A stretch of DNA of 64,000 nucleotides from Octopus vulgaris (lineage: Eukaryota), in assembly GCA_951406725.2 (NCBI GenBank), contig OX597823.1:86118001-86182000 (forward strand), read 5' to 3'. This document shows positions 13,167-27,183 of this stretch, piece by piece (the stretch's first letter is position 1; each line of letters begins with the position of its first letter). Under the pieces are notes generated by a model that saw only the letters and a list, made by a program, of their open reading frames with translations, was not told where the DNA came from and searched no databases. The translations under genes were made by a program, and so were the position numbers.

Positions 13167-13170
<4 letters not shown>
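12665..13170 (+). mobile_element. CR1-type LINE 3' end (ORF2 C-terminus plus tail)
   Basis: LSHWER..LRLSSLE*RRERYAMIYVWNIL..APNFGI...FNVLPKYLKDLH...FRKQLD...AAASNS. Tail GGTGATGCCTCTGCATGGTCACAGCC...AAAGAATAAAAGAAT. Confidence 0.82.
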
Positions 13171-13231
<61 letters not shown>

Positions 13232-13233
13232 TG

Positions 13234-13289
<56 letters not shown>

Positions 13290-13473
13290 TGTATATGTAT
13301 ACCTGCATTTATATATATGTATATATATATGTATATATATGTGTATATATATGCGTGTGTATACATATATATGTACATACATGTGTGTGTGTGTATGTGT
13401 GTATGAGATAAATGTAGGGATAAGCAAGTTAGATCAATACGTTTTACTATTTTAAAGCGTGAAATGCAATATA

Positions 13474-13514
<41 letters not shown>

Positions 13515-13637
13515 TTTATCTAAAGCAGCAGAAAATTCAAGAAATTCTGCTGCTTTAAATAAAGCATATTACTCTACCACTGGTATTTGAGTACTCTTTT
13601 TTCCACCCACCTTGTTTCACATTTATGTGTTTACTCC

Positions 13638-13679
<42 letters not shown>

Positions 13680-13681
<2 letters not shown>

Positions 13682-13900
13682 TACAAACAACTAGGCCCGA
13701 CTCACAATAGAATATAAATGATATAGGGAATTAAAGGGATACAAATAAAGTATTATTGGACGCTCAGGAAAGAAGGGAAGAAGGAGGGTTTAACGTTTCG
13801 AGCGGAGCTCTTCGTCGGAAACATAGGAGGAGGAAAGATCCCGAGAAGGGAAGACAGAGGAAAAAAATCGCCGGTGGAACTCACGAGGTCACATACTGAA
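13680..13900 (-). mobile_element. Penelope-like terminal-repeat remnant with minimal hammerhead (13788-13822)
   Basis: Minus strand GTTT-CCGACGA-AGAGCTCCGCTC-GAAAC-GTT-AAAC; same family as 51105-51595. Confidence 0.7.
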
Positions 13901-14183
13901 AGACGGAAGTAGTAAGGTAGCAGAATAATAATGTTTATTTAAAGACAGGAGAGTTTATCAAAGACAGTATGGTAAAGAAAGTGAGAGGGGGAATGTGTGT
14001 GGGTGTGTGCGTGTGGGGAGGTCAGCGTGTGCGCGCGTGTGTGTATGTGTGCAATGATGACACGTGTGTGTGTGTGTGTATGTGTGTGTATGGCGTGGCT
14101 AGTAGCAGGCCAGTATGTAAGAATTAAGGAGTGGTGCTTTGGGTCCAATCACAGGTCAAAAACAAAGAGGTATGTGTGTGTGC

Positions 14184-14250
<67 letters not shown>

Positions 14251-14594
14251 TGAATTTCCATCCAATGACGTAGTGTCCTCTTCGGCGATGGGATTGGTGC
14301 CTACAGTTATCTTTTACTAAGAATATTCTATAATTATTCGTTGATGACACTAGTAACTAATACTATACTTTATTAAGTATATATATCCCTTAATTCTTCT
14401 TCTCTAAAGACGACATAGTTGACTTATATAGAAATCTTTGCTCAATGACTCTTTGCACGAAATGCACAGCTATTCTAGAAACAGCTGTAAGGGACTTTAT
14501 ACATTATTCAGCAGTTATGCTTGAATTAGAAGTTACACGCACAAAATTGATACCACATGCTTTGTTTGTTCATTCTTTCTTTCTAACTTCCTTT

Positions 14595-14688
<94 letters not shown>

Positions 14689-15505
14689 GTATAAGACACA
14701 TGCGTATCAGCTTTCAGACATGAAATTCACATACATGCTGGTGTCGGGTTATATTAAATATGATTTGAATACGTAACTGAATTTTTGGAACCTACACCTT
14801 TCAGCGTACATAAAACAGAAAGCGATTCACTTGTTTTTCGTGTGTTTCTTTCGCTGTGATATAAAGCTCTATTTGACACCTCTAATATACGCACACAATG
14901 CAAGAAATACATTATTATGTATCAACAACGACAGGGACAAAACCATGTCTGTTTTTATATCTCTGATTATAAACTATGATTATAAACGTCGTATTTTTTC
15001 GTGATCGTTCGAGTGTGAACATATGAAAGAATGTAGTCTGACATTATGGAGTTTTTTTTATGAAAGATAATCATGTCAGGCCTTAGATTTTAAAACATAG
15101 ATAAAATAAATGTAAAAAGAAAAATTTCATACGTATATATAAATATTTATATTGCAACTTTCTCATTAACATGGGCACTGCTTAAAAAAAGAACACAAAA
15201 ACTGGGGCAAATTACAACAAAGATCGCGCATATTTAAATGCTGAAGCAAAGTGAAAAATCCAAGTGGACTAAATTTTATTATTCAGATTATATAAGCAAG
15301 ACAACTATTATAATATCATGCAGTACTCTATGTTTTCCTTTTATGAAACTCCAGTAGCGTAGCTGTAATAATTTAAAATCATACTAATCAGTATATATAT
15401 ATACACACACACGTGTGTGTGTCTGTGTGTATGCGTGCATGCGTATATGTGTATGTGTACGTAGGTGTATTTATCTCTCTATTTCTCCCACTCCCTCTTT
15501 CTTTC

Positions 15506-15556
<51 letters not shown>

Positions 15557-15758
15557 GTTTGTGTCCTTTTTATTTACTCTCCTAGTACTGTATGAACATT
15601 TGATGTGGTTTTAGAGTCAAGTTTTGGCTGCTATTTCCAGCGTGTAGGTATCTCTTAGATACCTTAAAGTATAATTTTAATAATAATTATTACCTTTGAA
15701 GATTTTTATTCCCATGCTCGCCACTTGATAAGATCGATATCTAAATTATCGATCTTAT

Positions 15759-15823
<65 letters not shown>

Positions 15824-15897
15824 GGAGGGAGAGCGAGGGAGAAAGACCTCAAAAATAAAAAGACACCCCTTATACACACGTATATCGCATATACAAA

Positions 15898-15939
<42 letters not shown>

Positions 15940-17134
15940 AATATGCATAGTGCTGTATATCTTTCTACTAATAACTCAATGTTTCGTCTTGTATTCCAAC
16001 TACTAATTTCATCTTAAGATGGTCTTTCAATTAATGTAAGCTACGTTTACCACAATTTCCTGTACATTAAGAAAAATTTGATCTCATGCCGTATATATTG
16101 TTGTAAATTATTTAGTTTATAAATCTCGTGGTTTAGAAACTAAATAATGGCAGTGGTATTTGAGGGTTATTTACATCCATGTTTTCGTTTAAAAGGTTTG
16201 TTACTGAGAGCTGTTACCTATGTAATAGCCTTGTTGTCCGATGAAATGGCCTATGCATGTGTATTTATATGTCTGTTGGGATGGCAGAATTTATTTCGAT
16301 GACGTTTATTTGATTTATACGACCTGTTTCTTTGTATTCATTGACAGTTGTATTTCTGTATCTGTTCGTTCGTCGAAACCATCAAATATATTTCTATGTG
16401 TCTCTAATCTCTCTAAGAACACATACATGCATGTCTAATTGTTTGTTTTCTTGTTGAAATTGCTTATTGCTTATGACTATGAATTTATCAAAAGACGGGA
16501 AAGGAGAATGGTTTCCCTTTGTGGCTTTTGAGAAATGCGCTATTTTAAGGCTAAATGATACAATTTATTCAATTATCTTATCGTTTATTCGGAAAAGGTG
16601 AGAAGATTATTGCTCTATTTAGATTAAAATAAATTGCTATTCAAATTATCATATATTTGGAACAGATCAGGAGATTGCTATGTAGGGAATGTCACCCTAG
16701 CGTTATTAGTAATTACAGCGTGAAACATTGAAGAGAGAAGAGAGAGAGAGTATATTATATTTCAATTTCATGTTTAATGCTATTTGTAAGTAATTTCAAT
16801 AGGCAAAGGTACATGCGAACGCTTATGATTCAAAAGACACAGGGAAACACATATAGATATGCGTTTCAATAGAGACTGAGGTGTATTTGTAGACATTGCC
16901 ACATTTCTGTAAATGAAACACACAGCTTTAGATACCCGCAAAATACTACAACCAGCGAAAGCATATTTTGGCAATGACTTGAAATTATTGAGATAAATGA
17001 TGCTATTCAAAAACATGCATTCTTGCTGCATATGTATTGCAACAAACATACAAACCACAAACGCACAAATATACACAACCAGCACACACACACACACACT
17101 CACATTTGTATGGATATGCACTTATTTATGTATT

Positions 17135-17615
<481 letters not shown>

Positions 17616-17807
17616 TATGTATATAATTTGATATGAGATAGATAGATAAATATATATATATAACAATGTGAAGTTGTAAGGTACCTCACGAGTGAAATTA
17701 TATATGAAAGAAGGTTTGAAAATGCAATTTTAAAATATGTTTATTCACTTGACCGGTTTCAATTTTTTAGAAAACGATTGTCAAAAGTAAAATGTAAAAG
17801 CTTTGTG

Positions 17808-17879
<72 letters not shown>

Positions 17880-18070
17880 TAAGTAATTAAGGGTTTAGCA
17901 ACGAATTGCCTCACCAACACACCGAATTTAGAAATAGCAGTCAAAGAGATATAGCTATTCCTTCTACTAAAAGGGGGATCTCAGTAAAAACACAGCACTT
18001 AAAAGGCAAACACAGACAGGTAAGAAAGAAAGAATGAAATGACGGCAATCCATCATGCAATTTTAAGTTA

Positions 18071-18162
18071 CCTACGGACGTACGTTTCGAGATCAAGTTT
18101 TAGGATATCATAAGAATTAGAAAATTCTACTTTACCCAGACTTCTTCTCTCATCGGCGCAGG
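18071..18162 (-). ncRNA. Type I hammerhead ribozyme (long helix II) in a (TA)n-flanked Penelope-like remnant 17878-18365
   Basis: CCTGCG-CCGATGA-GAGA...TCTC-GAAAC-GTAC-GTC-CGTAGG. Helix I pairs, helix III is palindromic, GUC cleavage site, U4 changed to C. Confidence 0.75.
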
Positions 18163-18361
18163 ATACTACAATTGTGAATAATTGTATATTAAATTTTGAG
18201 ATACTAGAATGCGTCATCTCAACTCAGTGTCAGAGCGAGCCAAAGCATGACCAGTACCACGAAATTCAAAGTTTGAATGAAAGTTTGTGTCACCAGCCCC
18301 CCTCGAATGGGGCTTTTACATACCGAAATCTACTTGGTGTAATTGATAATTATCCCTAATT

Positions 18362-18401
<40 letters not shown>

Positions 18402-19419
18402 TAGTACCTCAGTTTTTGAACAACTCTGATCACGAATAAATCGTAGATACATAATCAGACAGATAGCCAGACAGATAGATAGGTAGATAGATAGACAGGT
18501 GGGTAGGTAAATAGCTACATCAGTAGGTAGGTAGGTAGGTAGGTAGGTAGGTAGGTAGGTAAATAGATATATAGATCATTAGGTGGATGTATGAATAGAT
18601 AGCAAGACAAACAGACTGATAGACAGATAGATGGATAAATTCCATTCGGCGAGTGGAATGCCTTACATATACACACATGTGCATACATGCGTGTATGTTT
18701 GTGTGTGTGTTTGCGCGTGCGCGCGCGTTTGTCTCTTCGCAAAAATTAAAGGATATCATTTGTTTCGTTGGTTGCATTTTGGGGGTATCTAAAGCTGTGT
18801 GTTTATATACGGAAATGCAGCTTGCCTACAAATACACCTCAATCTCTATTGAAACGCATATCTTTGTGTTTCTCTGTGTCTTTTGAAACATAGAGCGCCT
18901 GCATTCATTGGTTACCAGCTTGGGTTCAGGTATCTTTTAACACCTTGGATTCGGATATCTTTTAAGTCCAGATCACTAATGTCTGCCTTTTAAGTCGAGC
19001 ATTCAAAAGAAGTCCCTTAAGATATCAACCAAACTGCTTTCTATGTACTCTATACCTTGTATTGGATACAAGTTTACATATTCTCTACACCAAGTATTGG
19101 GTAGTATATCATAATACTCACAAACATTCACACATACTTTCAAATACTTGAATTTTAACGACAAAGTGAAAAGAGATTTTTCCATGTAAAAATTAGATTT
19201 CTATATTTGACAGGAAAGATTGCTATTCCATACTCTGAGTACCAATTTCGTACGCTGAACCTTTGCAATATACACTAATCCCTTGCTGTATTGCGGTTCA
19301 CCTATCGTGGTTTATTATTTCAGGTTAAATCGATTCCTCCGTGGTGTTGGTTTGCATCCCTAACAAAAATAAATATGTACAAATTAGAAAAATAGTAAAA
19401 AAAAAAAAATAAAAGAGGA

Positions 19420-19963
19420 GATAACTGAAAATTATTTGACAGGATGAGGAATACGGAGATGCGAAAGCGAGCAGGAATGAGCGAAAAACTAACAACCAAA
19501 ATGGATAGACGAATGTTGAGGTGGTTTGGCCTCATGAAGAGGACTTATGAAGAGCGGATGATAAAGAGGGTGATGAAGTGGTAGGAGATGAAGTGGTAGG
19601 TAGCAGAACCGGAGGCAGACCTCGGTTTGTGTGGATGGATGGAGTGAGGAAAACTTTGGTGGTTAGAGGTGTTGGAGTGAGAGAAGCAAGAGAGTTTATA
19701 AATGATAGGAGAGCTTGGAAAGTGTTTGTGGATGGATGAGTGAATTTGATGTTGCTCAAAGGAGTAGAGATCCAGCATGATGCGGCGGGGGTAAACCAGC
19801 ATATGCTGTCGAGCCTCGCTGCTGGTATTGGGGGCTGCGTTTTGTGCCTTGACAAGAGCATAGAACGGGGCTAACCTCTTTGAGCTGGGAAATTAATGGA
19901 ATGCCTGATGTGTGTCTTGTTGTGGCTACACCACCCCGCCTAAAAATGGGGAATAATTCTGGC

Positions 19964-19965
<2 letters not shown>
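19420..19965 (+). mobile_element. RTE-clade LINE 3' end
   Basis: DRMRNTEMRKRAG...MLRWFGLMKR...GSRTGGRPRFVWMDGV...DRRAWKVFV*, followed by a 3' UTR ending at (CA)n. Confidence 0.87.
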
Positions 19966-20051
<86 letters not shown>

Positions 20052-20054
20052 TAT

Positions 20055-20308
20055 AACGTTGTGTCTTTGAGCAAAATACTTTATTTCACGTTGCTCCAGT
20101 TCACTCAGCTGGCAAAATGTGTTGTACATATCTTTCAAAAGGTGAAGCCCATAATATTGTGTGTGACGCTGAATCTCCCTGAGAACTACGTGAAGGGGCA
20201 GGCGTGTCCGTGGAATGTTCAGCCACTTGCACGTTAATTTCACTGGCAGGCTGTTCGGTTGACCAGATCAGCTGGAATCAAGGTCATTGCAACCGACAGA
20301 ATCCAATT
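20055..20308 (+). mobile_element. SINE fragment, family D
   Basis: Starts with the widespread SINE core TTGTGTCTTTGAGCAAAATACTT...CCAGTTCACTCAGCTG. A decayed minus copy lies near 25200-25310. Confidence 0.6.
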
Positions 20309-20527
20309 GTTTTTTTTAATTTTAAGACAGTCATGACTGTATTGCCATGATCCTTTGCTACCTATAGCGATGTGCGCCAAAAACATGACTCTAACAACAA
20401 CAACACACGCACACGCACATACGCACATATGTGTATGTATTATATATGCATGTATATATGTATGCGTGACTAGTTCCGATAAAGTTACGCGTACCGAATT
20501 CCGTTTATATAACAGTATAGGTCAAAT

Positions 20528-20760
20528 AGGGCGGCGAGCTGGCAGAAACGTTAGCACGTCGGGCGAAATGTTTAGCGGTATTTCGTCTGCTGCTACTTTC
20601 TGAGTTCAAATTCCGCTGAGGTCGACTTTGCCTTTCATCCTTTCAGGGTCGATAAATAAAGTACCATTTTCACACTGGGGTCGATGTAATCTACTTAATC
20701 CCTTTGTCTGTCCTAGTTTGTCCCCTCTATGTTTATCCCCTTGTGGGTAGTAAAGAAATG
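20528..20760 (+). mobile_element. SINE family B, full-length, with 22-bp TSD
   Basis: TATATAACAGTATAGGTCAAAT at 20506-20527 and again at 20761-20782. Confidence 0.93.
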
Positions 20761-21694
20761 TATATAACAGTATAGGTCAAATGAGAATTGCGAGAAGACA
20801 CTTGTCCTAAGAGTCACGTTGTGGGATCGAACACAGAATCACATTACTGCTAAATATTTTATTCAACGTCCCAGCCAGAAAATGTGAAAGGTTTCTGTTA
20901 ATCCTTCTACAAACATATCGTACTTAGCGTTTTACCTTGACGTAGCTCAATCCGAAGACGGTTCGAAAAATAGATATGTTTGTATATCAAAGTATTTGAG
21001 ACTCATATTCTGTAAAGAAATAGAAGTGTTCTCCATTATAGATAATGTATATGATACGCTTCTGTACAGAAAAAATTATAATAACGACGATCCTAAATAT
21101 CAATGTTGTTAGTACCTAAAGCATTTGTTCTATTATAAGCAACGAATTCAAAGCATGTAACAGCTTTTCTGTTTTCATTTTGATTTTATTTTGATATTTA
21201 CAAAGATTGTACGCATATATTCATGCAATTTAAGTCTTAATGTGTCAATTCTCGACAAGCTGTTCATATATCATATAACAAAATGCATGTCAGTAATTCG
21301 AATTACAATGCCCAGAAGAAAGCTTCTTTGAAAAGCCAGCTATAGATAACAAAGATAACATTGAAAGCAAAAATAAATATATAAAAATAAATATAATGCT
21401 TATCTGATAATTAAGCGTATTTACAATGAATTAAGTATTCCAAATGAATTCAAAATGTGTGATGATAATATCTGTTACAATTTGGCATTTATTATGAACA
21501 TTTGTGACCATAACAGAATTAAAAAGAAAATTTTGAATGGGAAATTTTATATCTTTAGAGCTTTAATACTTTTTTAATATCTAAGTATCTCTCTGTCAAT
21601 CCATCCATCCATCAATCCATTCATCCATCCACCCATCCATCCATCCGTCTATCCGTCCATCAATGTACCATGCTACTCAACAGAAGCTTAACCC

Positions 21695-22109
21695 GGATCT
21701 TTTCGGTTTGAACGGCAGTTTTTAACATAATTTCTAGGTAACTAAAAAATTTTAAATTTCGTATACTGGTAGAATCTGTTTATAAAACATCTTTTCCTCT
21801 TGGCTTTATTGAGAAAATTCTATAGTTTTTAAGATATTTGTTTTTTTTTTTTTTTTCAATTTCTGCAATTTCAACCAATCACTGCCGTCTATTGACTTAA
21901 AAAACATTCTGTGCCGTATGAATATGTCCCTCGTTTAAGAAACAGATTGGGCTTATTTACATATGTGAAAAAAAAATACCTTTCCCCCACCCTAACCCTA
22001 ACCCTAAAACAGATTGAAATGCAATAGATCGATACTAGGGTCATAATTATGGGTGACAATTTCATATGACACCGCTAGAAAAAAACTGCCGTTCAAACCG
22101 AAAAGATCC
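21695..22109. mobile_element. MITE with ~28-bp TIRs and 8-bp TSD (Merlin-like)
   Basis: TIR GGATCTTTTCGGTTTGAACGGCAGTTTT at both ends; TSD CTTAACCC at 21687-21694 and 22110-22117. GG termini with an 8-bp TSD fit Merlin. Internal (CCCTAA)3. Confidence 0.85.
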
Positions 22110-22114
22110 CTTAA

Positions 22115-22272
22115 CCCTTAAACCTGTCCTGCGCATCACGTAATACAAAGAATATTTTTTCTGTGAAATCCTTGCATCGTATATTATACAAATTCCCATG
22201 TTTTCTACCGTCAGAGAAACTTGGGACATATTAAAGGAAAGCTTTACATAGCTCAGAACAGTCAACCAGGGG
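22115..22272. mobile_element. Possible piggyBac-like MITE
   Basis: TTAA|CCC...GGG|TTAA termini with partly matching subterminal inverted sequence (CTGTCCTGCGC / GCTCAGAACAG). Confidence 0.5.
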
Positions 22273-22619
22273 TTAACTGAAAATGTGAAAACAAGCATGG
22301 ACGTTTAGCACTTCTATATGAAAATGCTCTGAACAAAAAGAAAGAGTTAAGTCTTCCCTACAATGTTTGAAAATTGTAAACTTTCTACCAGCGTCAATTT
22401 TGTAATAAAAGTATAGTATAATATACATCGAAAAATCTGTTAGAAAATGTATTAAGCCTTGGCTTATGACGAATCGTAGAGGGTAAAATAAATGTTTATG
22501 ACTCAAGGCCGTTAAATTTTGATTTTTTAATACACAAAGAAAAGAGTAGCTATTATGCTCATTATCTAGTTCATAACTTATAACATTACTATGAAATGAT
22601 TAATATTTTTCTTCTGTCA

Positions 22620-22851
22620 AGGCGTCGAGCTGGCAGAAACGTTAGCACGGCGGGCGAAATGCGTAGCAGTATTTCGTCCGCTGCAACGTTCTGAGTTCAA
22701 ATTCTGCCGAGGTCGACTTTGCCTTTCATCCTTTCGGGGTCGATAAATTAAGTACCAGTTACGCACTATGGTCGATACAATCCACTTAATCCGTTTGTCT
22801 GTCCTTGTTTGTCCCCTCTGTGTGTAGCCCCTTGTGAGTAGTAAAGAAATA
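22620..22851 (+). mobile_element. SINE family B, full-length
   Basis: Matches the other family B copies throughout. Confidence 0.92.
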
Positions 22852-23554
22852 GACGTAGCGGATATATATTTGTTAAAGAGGACTACAAACACTAAGGCAA
22901 AACGCTAACGTATATGACTTGAGATGTTTTTACTGCCCTATTGTTTGTTGACCTCTTTCTCTCTCTCTCTTTCTCTCTCCTTCTCTTTCTCTTTCTCTTT
23001 CTTTCCTTCTTTCTCTCTCTCTCACTCCTGTTCTCTTTCTAGCTTTCTTTACTTTCTCTCTCTCTCTCCCTCTCTCCCTCTCTTTGTTTATTTTTTGTTT
23101 TTGTTACTATTTCTGTCCAATAATATTGCAAACTAGCCTCAGTCGTTAACACGTACACCTTCGCTTGTACGCACACACATATAGGCACATACACACATAC
23201 ACACACACTCTCTCTCACACACACACACACTCACACACACACACACTAACTCACTCTCACTCAGATACAAAGAAAAATATATAACGTAGTACATACAGTG
23301 AGATGTACTTGCATAGCATGTGACTTGATCTGAGATCGTGTGCGGGAACGAAAACAATTGCAGCGTGGAAGGTGTTTATAAGCCATTTAAGAAACACACA
23401 AAAACCATTAGATTCACTTCAACATTTAAATTTAATTTAGTTTTTAGTACATATATACATACATTTATAATTATATATGCGAGGGAGTGTCTGTACGAAT
23501 ATATACATATATGTATATATGTGTATAAACATACATATATGTGTATGTATATAT

Positions 23555-23965
23555 ATTCTTTTAATTTTACTTGTTTCAGTCATTTGACTGTAGCTATGCT
23601 GGAGCACCGTCTTTGGTTGAGCAAATCGACCCCAGGACTTATTCTTTGTATGCCTAGTACTTATTCTATCGGTCTCTTTTGCCGAACCGCTATATTGTAG
23701 GGACGTAAACACACCAGTATCGGTTGTCAGGCGATGTTGGGGGTACAAACACAGACGCACAAACATACACACACACACACACATATATATATATACAAAT
23801 ATACGACGGGCTTCTTTCAGATTCTATCTACCAAATCCACTCACACGGCTTTGGTTGGTCCGAGGATATAGTAGAAGACACTTGGCCAAGGTGCCACGCA
23901 GTGGGACTTAACTCGGACCCATATGGTTTGTAAGCAAGCTACTTACCACATAGCCATTCCCACGC
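23555..23965 (-). mobile_element. SINE family A
   Basis: Matches the other family A copies. Confidence 0.9.
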
Positions 23966-24248
23966 ATTTGTACATAAAAATTTAATATTTATCAAAGTAA
24001 TTGAATACTTTGCCTTAGATAAATGGCTCTTCCAGAGTTTTAACGGAACACAACAGTTGTCTATATATGGAGAAGATGCGAATATTCGATTTATATGCCC
24101 TGTATTTACAACCTACAAAGCAAACTATCACAAAATCACGTATGCTCTTAATTTTAATTTATAGGAAGATTTGTGTCATAATTGTTATGGGAAATAATAG
24201 CTAAACCTCAATTAAATCATCTCCTAATGTCACTCGGGAAGGTAGGTA

Positions 24249-24350
24249 TAGAACAGGAGTCGCCAAAGGGGTCCGAGGGACCCTCTAGGGTCGGCGAGGA
24301 ATTACAGGGGTTCTATGATAGCCAAGGGGTCGAATGGGGCTCGGCGTACG
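24249..24350 (+). mobile_element. hAT/Charlie-like MITE left-end fragment
   Basis: CAGGAGTCGCCAAA terminus after GTATAGAA, with repeated GGGGTC subterminal motifs. No right end found. Confidence 0.45.
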
Positions 24351-24779
24351 AAAGACCTGCTCACTCAGATCAACTGTTTGTAATACTTAGTCAGCGCCAT
24401 ACTCATCCCTCACATCGATGTTTGTCAATTTCAATAAAGGATATTGCGGTAATATTTCACATTTTCTAACACATTTCATTTATACTGTAGAAGAAGTGAT
24501 CTGACGCGTCCCCTCTTTTTCTCACTTCCTCTGTAGGTATGTGGGATAGAGAGCGATAGAGAATGAGAAACATATAGAAAAAGAGAGATCTAGAAAGAAA
24601 ATGACGTATGTTGAGACGATGGTGGGTTGTGAGGGGTTGGTGAGAAATCTATCATAATAACTGTGGCAGTACGTTTGTGTAGCGTAAACCTTTCTGTTTT
24701 TCTTCCTCCTTTAGTCTCAGTTTAATCGTTTTATCTTTGCATCAATCACTCCTATGTTTTGTCTCTCTTTCTTTCTCTT

Positions 24780-24837
<58 letters not shown>

Positions 24838-25339
24838 GCACATATAAATATAGGTATGTGTGTGTGTATATATATATATATATTTATTCATAGGTAAATA
24901 TATATGTGTATGAGTGTGTGTACAACTACGTTCTCATGTGTCTCTGACGTCACTGGAAAGTAAGTATTCAGTAACGTGTATAAGATATTAAAGAGATAAT
25001 CTATACAAGGCTGAATTCGAGCTCAAAACTGCTGGGAAGAAAGAAATTGCAATGTATTTTATGACTTGGTCATGGCAAAATAATTGTTTCTAATTTTGAT
25101 AAAACGAAAGTAACTTACCATGTCGCCACCTTTCGGCACTGTTATAATATTAACAACACTGAATACGCTTTTAAATTTCAGAATCCACCATCGCTTAGAG
25201 GATCATTCAAGAGAACTATCTACTCATTAAATTAACGTAAAACTGGCTGAGTATTTCACAGATATGTGTATTTTCAATGAAAACTTCAGGATGAAGCATC
25301 GTCATACAAATCTGGAAATTGAAACTATAAGTTTCTGAG

Positions 25340-27183
25340 GGTTATTTTGGCGGGGGAAAGAGCCTAGCAGTTTTGATGGGAGATGTAAGTCGATCTGATT
25401 GACCCTATTGATCAACTGATGCTTATTTTATCGGCTCCGAAAGAATGAAACGTAGAGTCAACCTAGGCGGAATTTGAACTCAAATCGTAAACAGCCGGCA
25501 GATCATAAACAGTCAGGAGAAATGCCGCCAACCATTTTGTGTGACATGCTAACAGTTTTGCCTGCTTGCTGTCTCAAACCCTTTTAACAATTATAACAAA
25601 TTTCCAATCCCGTCTCACTTAGAGAAGACATACTTACCTCCATTTATATTAACGACCATCCAGAGGGTTCTACGCGATGTTTAATATACTTTTAAATTTC
25701 ATATATTGGTTCTCCGTCGAATTAAAGGATGAGCATTCTGTGATGCGAACTGCCTACTTATTCCGCTGATGCGTAATTAGCTGAGAATTCTATTGATAGG
25801 TTTGACCTTAACGAAAATTTTAAGAAGAAGCATAGTTACACAATCTATGAATAAAGTATTATAGCATTTTTGTTTTGTACAAGGTCAGCAGTGTTATGAA
25901 AGGAGTGAAGTGAAGTGTATTACGATGATGACTGCGCTCAATAGGTATTTTATCGACCCCGAAAGGCCTAAAGGCAGATATGTCCGTGGCGAAATTTGAA
26001 TTGAGAACGTAAAGAGCCTTTAAAAAATGGGTGCTAAGCGTTTTATACAACGCGCTAACGATTCTGCCAGCTCACTGCTTTGTAAGATTAGTAGATATAA
26101 CAGGCTTTCTTATGTCTGTATCAACTCCATTTTTCTTTTCATCAAACTGTTTGTTTCAACTCGTGGCTTCGGGTATAAAACACAGTTCATTGGTATTTAT
26201 CAATAAGATCGAACTTAAGAACACATTTTTGCAAGGAGGACTTTTTTGAACCACTGAAACATGTCTGAGTCCACACATAAAGTAATATATATATAACACA
26301 CACATATACACACACAGAGGATAGATTATGACATTTAAAATTAATTCAAATGAAAAAAAGCAAGACGACTGCAAACAATTAAAATATTTTGTCATGAAAC
26401 ATAATTAATTCTACAGTTTAGTGAATAATGTGATTCACTGTCTTACACGTAATATTTTGAAGTAACTGTAGGAAAAATAAAAATAAATGTATAGTGATGC
26501 GGCAGAGCTAATTATAACTGATTATAACATACGTACAAGGAATGCTAGATAACACAGCAAGGTACCTCTTTGTGTACGGTCGAATTGGTAGATAGAAATA
26601 GCAGCTAAATTAATAACGTTATAACCTACTGTTTAGAAAAACAAAAAGGCAAAAACATATTGATCAGTGTATTTCGTGATACGCCAAATAAGGGAATATT
26701 CAGAACCAATCAAGATTGAACACGGGAAGCAAAGGAAATGGATTTTAATGAAATATTGGTTTCAAATTTTGACAGAAGGTCAGCGATGTTCGAAGTAGAA
26801 GACACGTCGATTACATCGGCCCTAGCGCTCAACTGGCACTCATTTCATCGACCCCCGAGAGGTATAAAATTCAAAGTCAACTTCGGCGGAATTTGAACTC
26901 GGAACGAAATGACGAACGAAATTCCGTTAAGCATTTTGCCGAACGTGCTAACGACTCTGCAATCTCCGTGGCATGAACTTTGATAGAATATTCCTTTTTT
27001 CTATAGGCACAAGGCCAGAAATTTTGGAGGAACGGAGCTTGTTGATTACACTTATTTTATCGACCCCGAAATGGTGAGAGGCAAAGTCGGCATCGGTGGA
27101 ATTTGAACTCAGAACGTAAAGACAGACGAAATGCCGCTAAGCCTTTTTACACGGTATGCTAACAATTCTGCCAACTCACTGCC
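25340..27183 (-). mobile_element. Cluster of old SINE family B copies (~25340-25570, 25940-26080, 26757-26960, 27003-27183)
   Basis: Recurrent GGCGGAATTTGAACTC and GCTAACGATTCTGCC motifs. Confidence 0.75.
25638..25910 (-). pseudogene. Candidate TM3/intracellular-loop exon remnant of a Cys-loop receptor-like gene
   Basis: FTPFITLLTLYKTKML(frameshift)NTLFIDCVTMLLLKIF resembles nAChR TM3 (VPLIG.Y...M....SI..T..VLNI). Ends ...YKW-AG at a perfect GTAAGT donor. Several in-frame stops. Confidence 0.35.

Noticed and set aside
17745-17795. Additional hammerheads (also ~5407, ~14255-14290, ~56300-56360)
   Set aside because: Only half of the core is recognisable, or the helices do not pair; too decayed to call.
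21990-22008. Telomere or chromosome-fusion relic
   Set aside because: Only three CCCTAA units, internal to a MITE.
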